5,655 nt of DNA from a virus (Duplodnaviria; Heunggongvirae; Uroviricota; Caudoviricetes). Location of the stretch: the IMG/VR virus record IMGVR_UViG_2609460219_000006; one strand, given 5' to 3'. The notes below the pieces were generated by a model. That model was not told where the DNA came from. It did no database searches and saw only the letters and a program-made list of their open reading frames with translations. Below are positions 1 to 5,655 of this stretch, one piece after another; position 1 is the first letter of the stretch; every line of letters begins with the position of its first letter. Made by a program: the position numbers and the translations under genes.

Positions 1-56
1 GCAATAATGTCGGCAACTTTGGCGGCTTCCTTTCCATTAACAAACTTTCGCAGTAA
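1..56 (+). CDS. L: 3' end of tail tip assembly protein L gene (partial; 5' end lies outside the window)
   Basis: The frame starting at nt 3 is open to a TAA at 54-56 (NNVGNFGGFLSINKLSQ*), 5 nt before the K start at 62. Placement follows the conserved lambda L-K-I-J order. The fragment is too short to confirm from sequence alone, and frame 1 is also open through this stretch. Confidence 0.4.
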   Translation, partial: NNVGNFGGFLSINKLSQ

Positions 57-61
57 ATCCC

Positions 62-805
62 ATGACAGAGACAGAATCAGCGATTCTGGCGCACGCCCGG
101 CGATGTGCGCCAGCGGAGTCGTGCGGCTTCGTGGTGAGAACGTCGGAAGGGGAAAGATATTTTCCCTGCGTGAATATCTCCGGTGAGCCGGAGGATTATT
201 TCCGGATGTCGCCGGAGGACTGGCTGCGGGCAGAGATGCAGGGTGAGATTGTGGCGCTGGTCCACAGTCATCCCGGTGGTCTGCCCTGGCTGAGTGAGGC
301 CGATCGGCGGCTGCAGGTGCAGAGTGATTTGCCGTGGTGGCTGGTCTGTCGGGGAGCGATTCACAAGTTCAGCTGTGTGCCGCATCTTACCGGACGGCGC
401 TTTGAGCACGGGGTGACGGACTGTTACACGCTGTTCCGGGATGCTTATCATCTGGCGGGGATTGAGATGCCGGATTTTCATCGCGGGGATGACTGGTGGC
501 GTCACGGTCAGAATCTCTATCTTGACAATATGGAGGCGACTGGTTTTTACCGTGTCGCACTGACAGAGGCGCAGCCTGGCGACGTGCTGCTGTGCTGCTT
601 TGGTTCATCGGTGCCGAATCATGCCGCCATTTACTGTGGTGACGGCGAGCTGCTGCACCATATTCCTGAACAACTGAGCAAACGAGAGAGGTATACCGAC
701 AAATGGCAGCGACGCACACACTCCCTCTGGCGTCACCGGGCATGGCGCGCATCTGCCTTTACGGGGATTTACAACGATTTGGCCGCCGCATCGACCTTCG
801 TGTGA
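62..805 (+). CDS. K: Tail tip assembly protein K: N-terminal JAB/MPN (JAMM) metalloprotease-like domain plus C-terminal NlpC/P60 cysteine peptidase domain
   Basis: 247-codon ORF. The JAMM motif H-x-H-x7-S-x2-D is readable as HSHPGGLPWLSEAD (nt 263-304), with Glu residues upstream. An NlpC/P60-like Cys-His-His triad is readable (Cys in TDCYTLF at nt 422-424, His in PNHAAIY, His in LLHHIP). The translation matches my recollection of lambda gpK. The classical 199-aa annotation corresponds to the internal ATG at 206, which has a GGAGG about 11 nt upstream; the ATG at 62 has no obvious Shine-Dalgarno but lies 5 nt after the L stop, suggesting translational coupling. The 3' end overlaps I by 103 nt in another frame. 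Confidence 0.85.
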   Translation: MTETESAILAHARRCAPAESCGFVVRTSEGERYFPCVNISGEPEDYFRMSPEDWLRAEMQGEIVALVHSHPGGLPWLSEADRRLQVQSDLPWWLVCRGAIHKFSCVPHLTGRRFEHGVTDCYTLFRDAYHLAGIEMPDFHRGDDWWRHGQNLYLDNMEATGFYRVALTEAQPGDVLLCCFGSSVPNHAAIYCGDGELLHHIPEQLSKRERYTDKWQRRTHSLWRHRAWRASAFTGIYNDLAAASTFV

Positions 806-1350
806 AAACGGGGGCCGAAGCCATCCGGGCGCTGGCCACGCAGCTTCCGTCGTTTCGCCAGAAACTGAATGAAGGCTGGTATCAGGTGCGCATTGCCGGG
901 CGTGATGCAGGCGAAAATGAATTATCTGCCCGTCTTAATGAGCCGCTGGCAAATGGTGCCGTGATCCACATTGTGCCGCGTCTGGCGGGAGCTAAAAGTG
1001 GCGGTGTTTTTCAGGCAGTGCTGGGTGCGGCGCTGATTGCGGTGGCATGGTGGAACCCTGTGGGCTGGCTGGGTGCCGCGGCTGTATCGGGCATGTATGC
1101 GGCAGGGGCCAGTATGATCCTGGGCGGTGTGGCTCAGATGCTGGCACCGAAAGCCAGAACTCCCCGCACACAGACAACGGATAACGGTAAGCAGAACACG
1201 TATTTCTCCTCACTGGATAACATGGTTGCCCAGGGCAATGTTCTGCCTGTTCTGTACGGGGAAATGCGCGTGGGGTCACGTGTGGTTTCTCAGGAGATCA
1301 GCACGGCAGACGAAGGGGATGGTGGTCAGGTTGTGGTGATTGGTCGCTGA
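703..1350 (+). CDS. I: Tail tip assembly protein I: N-terminal ubiquitin-like (beta-grasp) domain, then a Gly/Ala-rich hydrophobic segment and a conserved C-terminal region
   Basis: 215-codon ORF starting MAATHTLPLASPGMARICLYGDLQRFGRR and ending VSQEISTADEGDGGQVVVIGR, matching my recollection of lambda gpI at both ends. A purine-rich GAGAGAGG lies 11-18 nt upstream of the ATG. A Gly-Gly (nt 1000-1005) follows the predicted ubiquitin-like domain. The 5' end overlaps the K 3' end. Confidence 0.9.
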   Translation: MAATHTLPLASPGMARICLYGDLQRFGRRIDLRVKTGAEAIRALATQLPSFRQKLNEGWYQVRIAGRDAGENELSARLNEPLANGAVIHIVPRLAGAKSGGVFQAVLGAALIAVAWWNPVGWLGAAAVSGMYAAGASMILGGVAQMLAPKARTPRTQTTDNGKQNTYFSSLDNMVAQGNVLPVLYGEMRVGSRVVSQEISTADEGDGGQVVVIGR

Positions 1351-1367
1351 TGAAAAACGTTTATGTG

Positions 1368-1388
1368 AAACCGCCTCCGGGCGGTTTT
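1368..1388 (+). promoter_or_regulatory. I-J intergenic stem-loop (8-bp stem AAACCGCC / GGCGGTTT, 4-nt loop) followed by a short U-rich tract
   Basis: A perfect inverted repeat at 1368-1375 and 1380-1387 with loop TCCG, then TTTTGTCGTTT. It resembles a weak intrinsic terminator or RNA structural element between I and J. In a Q-antiterminated late operon it would be read through. It was identified by eye only. Confidence 0.3.
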
Positions 1389-1406
1389 GTCGTTTATGGA
1401 GCGTGA

Positions 1407-4808
<3,402 letters not shown>

Positions 4809-4826
4809 ATTTTATAACCCAGAACG

Positions 4827-4852
4827 GGCGTCAGAAATGACGCCTTTTTTAT
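4827..4852 (+). terminator. Rho-independent terminator downstream of J
   Basis: GGCGTCA (4827-4833), loop GAAA, TGACGCC (4838-4844): a perfect 7-bp GC-rich stem followed immediately by TTTTTTATT (4845-4853), 18 nt after the J stop. Confidence 0.7.
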
Positions 4853-4874
4853 TGCAGAAAAGCGAGAGGTAATT

Positions 4875-5473
4875 ATGCGTAAACTTTATGCCGCCATTTT
4901 GTCCGCAGCCATCTGTCTGGCCGTATCCGGTGCGCCTGCATGGGCGTCTGAACATCAGTCCACGCTGAGCGCGGGCTATCTTCATGCCTCGACGAACGTT
5001 CCCGGCAGCGATGATCTGAACGGGATTAACGTGAAATACCGTTATGAGTTTACGGACACACTGGGCTGGTGACGTCATTCAGCTATGCAGGAGACAAGAA
5101 TCGCCAGCTGACCCGTTACAGCGATACCCGCTGGCATGAAGATTCCTTGCGTAACCGCTGGTTCAGCGTGATGGCGGGGCCGTCTGTACGCGTGAATGAA
5201 TGGTTCAGCGCGTATGCGATGGCGGGTGTGGCTTACAGCCGTGTGTCGACTTTCACCGGGGATTATCTCCGCGTAACTGACAACAAGGGGAAAACGCACG
5301 ATGTGCTGACCGGAAGTGATGACGGTCGCCACAGCAACACGTCTCTGGCGTGGGGAGCTGGCGTGCAGTTTAACCCGACCGAATCGGTGGCCATTGATAT
5401 TGCTTATGAAGGCTCCGGCAGTGGTGACTGGCGCACTGACGGGTTCATCATGGGTGTCGGTTATAAATTCTGA
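4875..5473 (+). pseudogene. lom: lom, outer membrane beta-barrel protein of the Ail/Lom/OmpX/PagC family, disrupted by a 1-nt frameshift (or a sequencing error at a G run)
   Basis: ORF 4875-5072 encodes a Sec-type signal peptide (MRKLYAAILSAAICLAVSGAPAWA then SEHQ) and the first beta-strands, ending ...EFTDTLGW*. ORF 5069-5473 (GTG-initiated in the ORF track) continues the same protein in another frame (VTSFSYAGDKNRQLTRYSD...GFIMGVGYKF, with the C-terminal aromatic residue typical of outer membrane barrels). One extra G in the GGG run at 5063-5065 would restore a single frame reading ...TDTLGLVTSFSY.... GAGAGG lies 7 nt upstream of the ATG at 4875. Confidence 0.8.
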
Positions 5474-5500
5474 TTAGCCAGGTAACACAGTGTTATGACA

Positions 5501-5527
5501 GCCCGCCGGTTCAGGCGGGCTTTTTTG
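5501..5527 (+). terminator. Rho-independent terminator downstream of lom
   Basis: GCCCGCC (5501-5507), loop GGTTCA, GGCGGGC (5514-5520), then TTTTTTG (5521-5527), about 28 nt after the lom stop codon. Confidence 0.7.
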
Positions 5528-5537
5528 TGGGGTGAAT

Positions 5538-5655
5538 ATGGCAGTAAAGATTTCAGGTGTACTGAAAGACGGTGCAGGTAAACCGGTACAGAACTGCACA
5601 ATCCAGCTGAAAGCAAAACGTAACAGCACCACGGTGGTGGTGAACACGGTGGCAT
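5538..5655 (+). CDS. stf: Side tail fibre protein Stf, N-terminal 39 codons (partial; continues beyond the window)
   Basis: ATG at 5538 follows the lom terminator. The translation MAVKISGVLKDGAGKPVQNCTIQLKAKRNSTTVVVNTVA matches my recollection of the lambda Stf (orf-401) N-terminus and the lambda J-lom-stf order. The frame is open to the window end. Confidence 0.7.
   Translation, partial: MAVKISGVLKDGAGKPVQNCTIQLKAKRNSTTVVVNTVA

Noticed and set aside
77-752. Minus-strand ORFs 77-505 and 387-752 inside K
   Set aside because: Antisense to K, Arg/Pro-rich low-complexity translations with no motifs; compositional artefacts.
992-1339. ORFs 992-1279 (minus) and 1127-1339 (plus, alternative frame) inside I
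   Set aside because: They are embedded in the I coding sequence with no ribosome-binding site and Pro/Arg/Trp-rich translations; explained by GC-rich sequence.
4811-4820. Possible -10 element (TATAAC at 4813-4818) as a lom promoter
   Set aside because: No acceptable -35 at 16-18 bp spacing (that region reads AGGTAT), and the element lies upstream of the J terminator hairpin, so transcripts from it would be terminated. Unsupported.
4812-5332. Minus-strand ORFs 4812-5078 and 5075-5332, antisense to lom
   Set aside because: They overlap the lom coding sequence and the J terminator, and have no start context or recognisable protein features.
4875-5473. Reading the two lom ORFs as two separate genes, or as a programmed frameshift
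   Set aside because: The second ORF has no signal peptide and no independent start context (GTG inside the first ORF), and it continues the same beta-barrel. There is no slippery heptamer or downstream pseudoknot-like element at the junction. A simple 1-nt deletion or sequencing error is the most economical explanation.
5461-5655. 64-codon minus-strand ORF overlapping the lom-stf intergenic region and the stf start
   Set aside because: It runs through the lom terminator hairpin and is antisense to the plus-strand stf start (MAVKISGVLKDG...), which is the better-supported reading.

Overview
This window is the tail-tip region of a lambdoid (phage lambda-like) prophage or phage, all on the + strand: the last codons of L, then K, I, J, lom and the first 39 codons of the side tail fibre gene stf. 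Identifications rest on the supplied ORF translations, motifs I can read in them, and my memory of the lambda proteins; no database search was run. I see no RNA genes, CRISPR array, integrase or attachment site, or insertion-sequence ends. I do not find a previously undescribed system: this is a well-characterised structural module. The points worth a second look are modest: lom is broken by a single-base frameshift; the 3' end of J drops sharply in GC, consistent with an exchanged receptor-binding module; K has two candidate starts, only the longer of which gives a complete JAB/MPN domain; and lom sits between two intrinsic terminators as a moron cassette.
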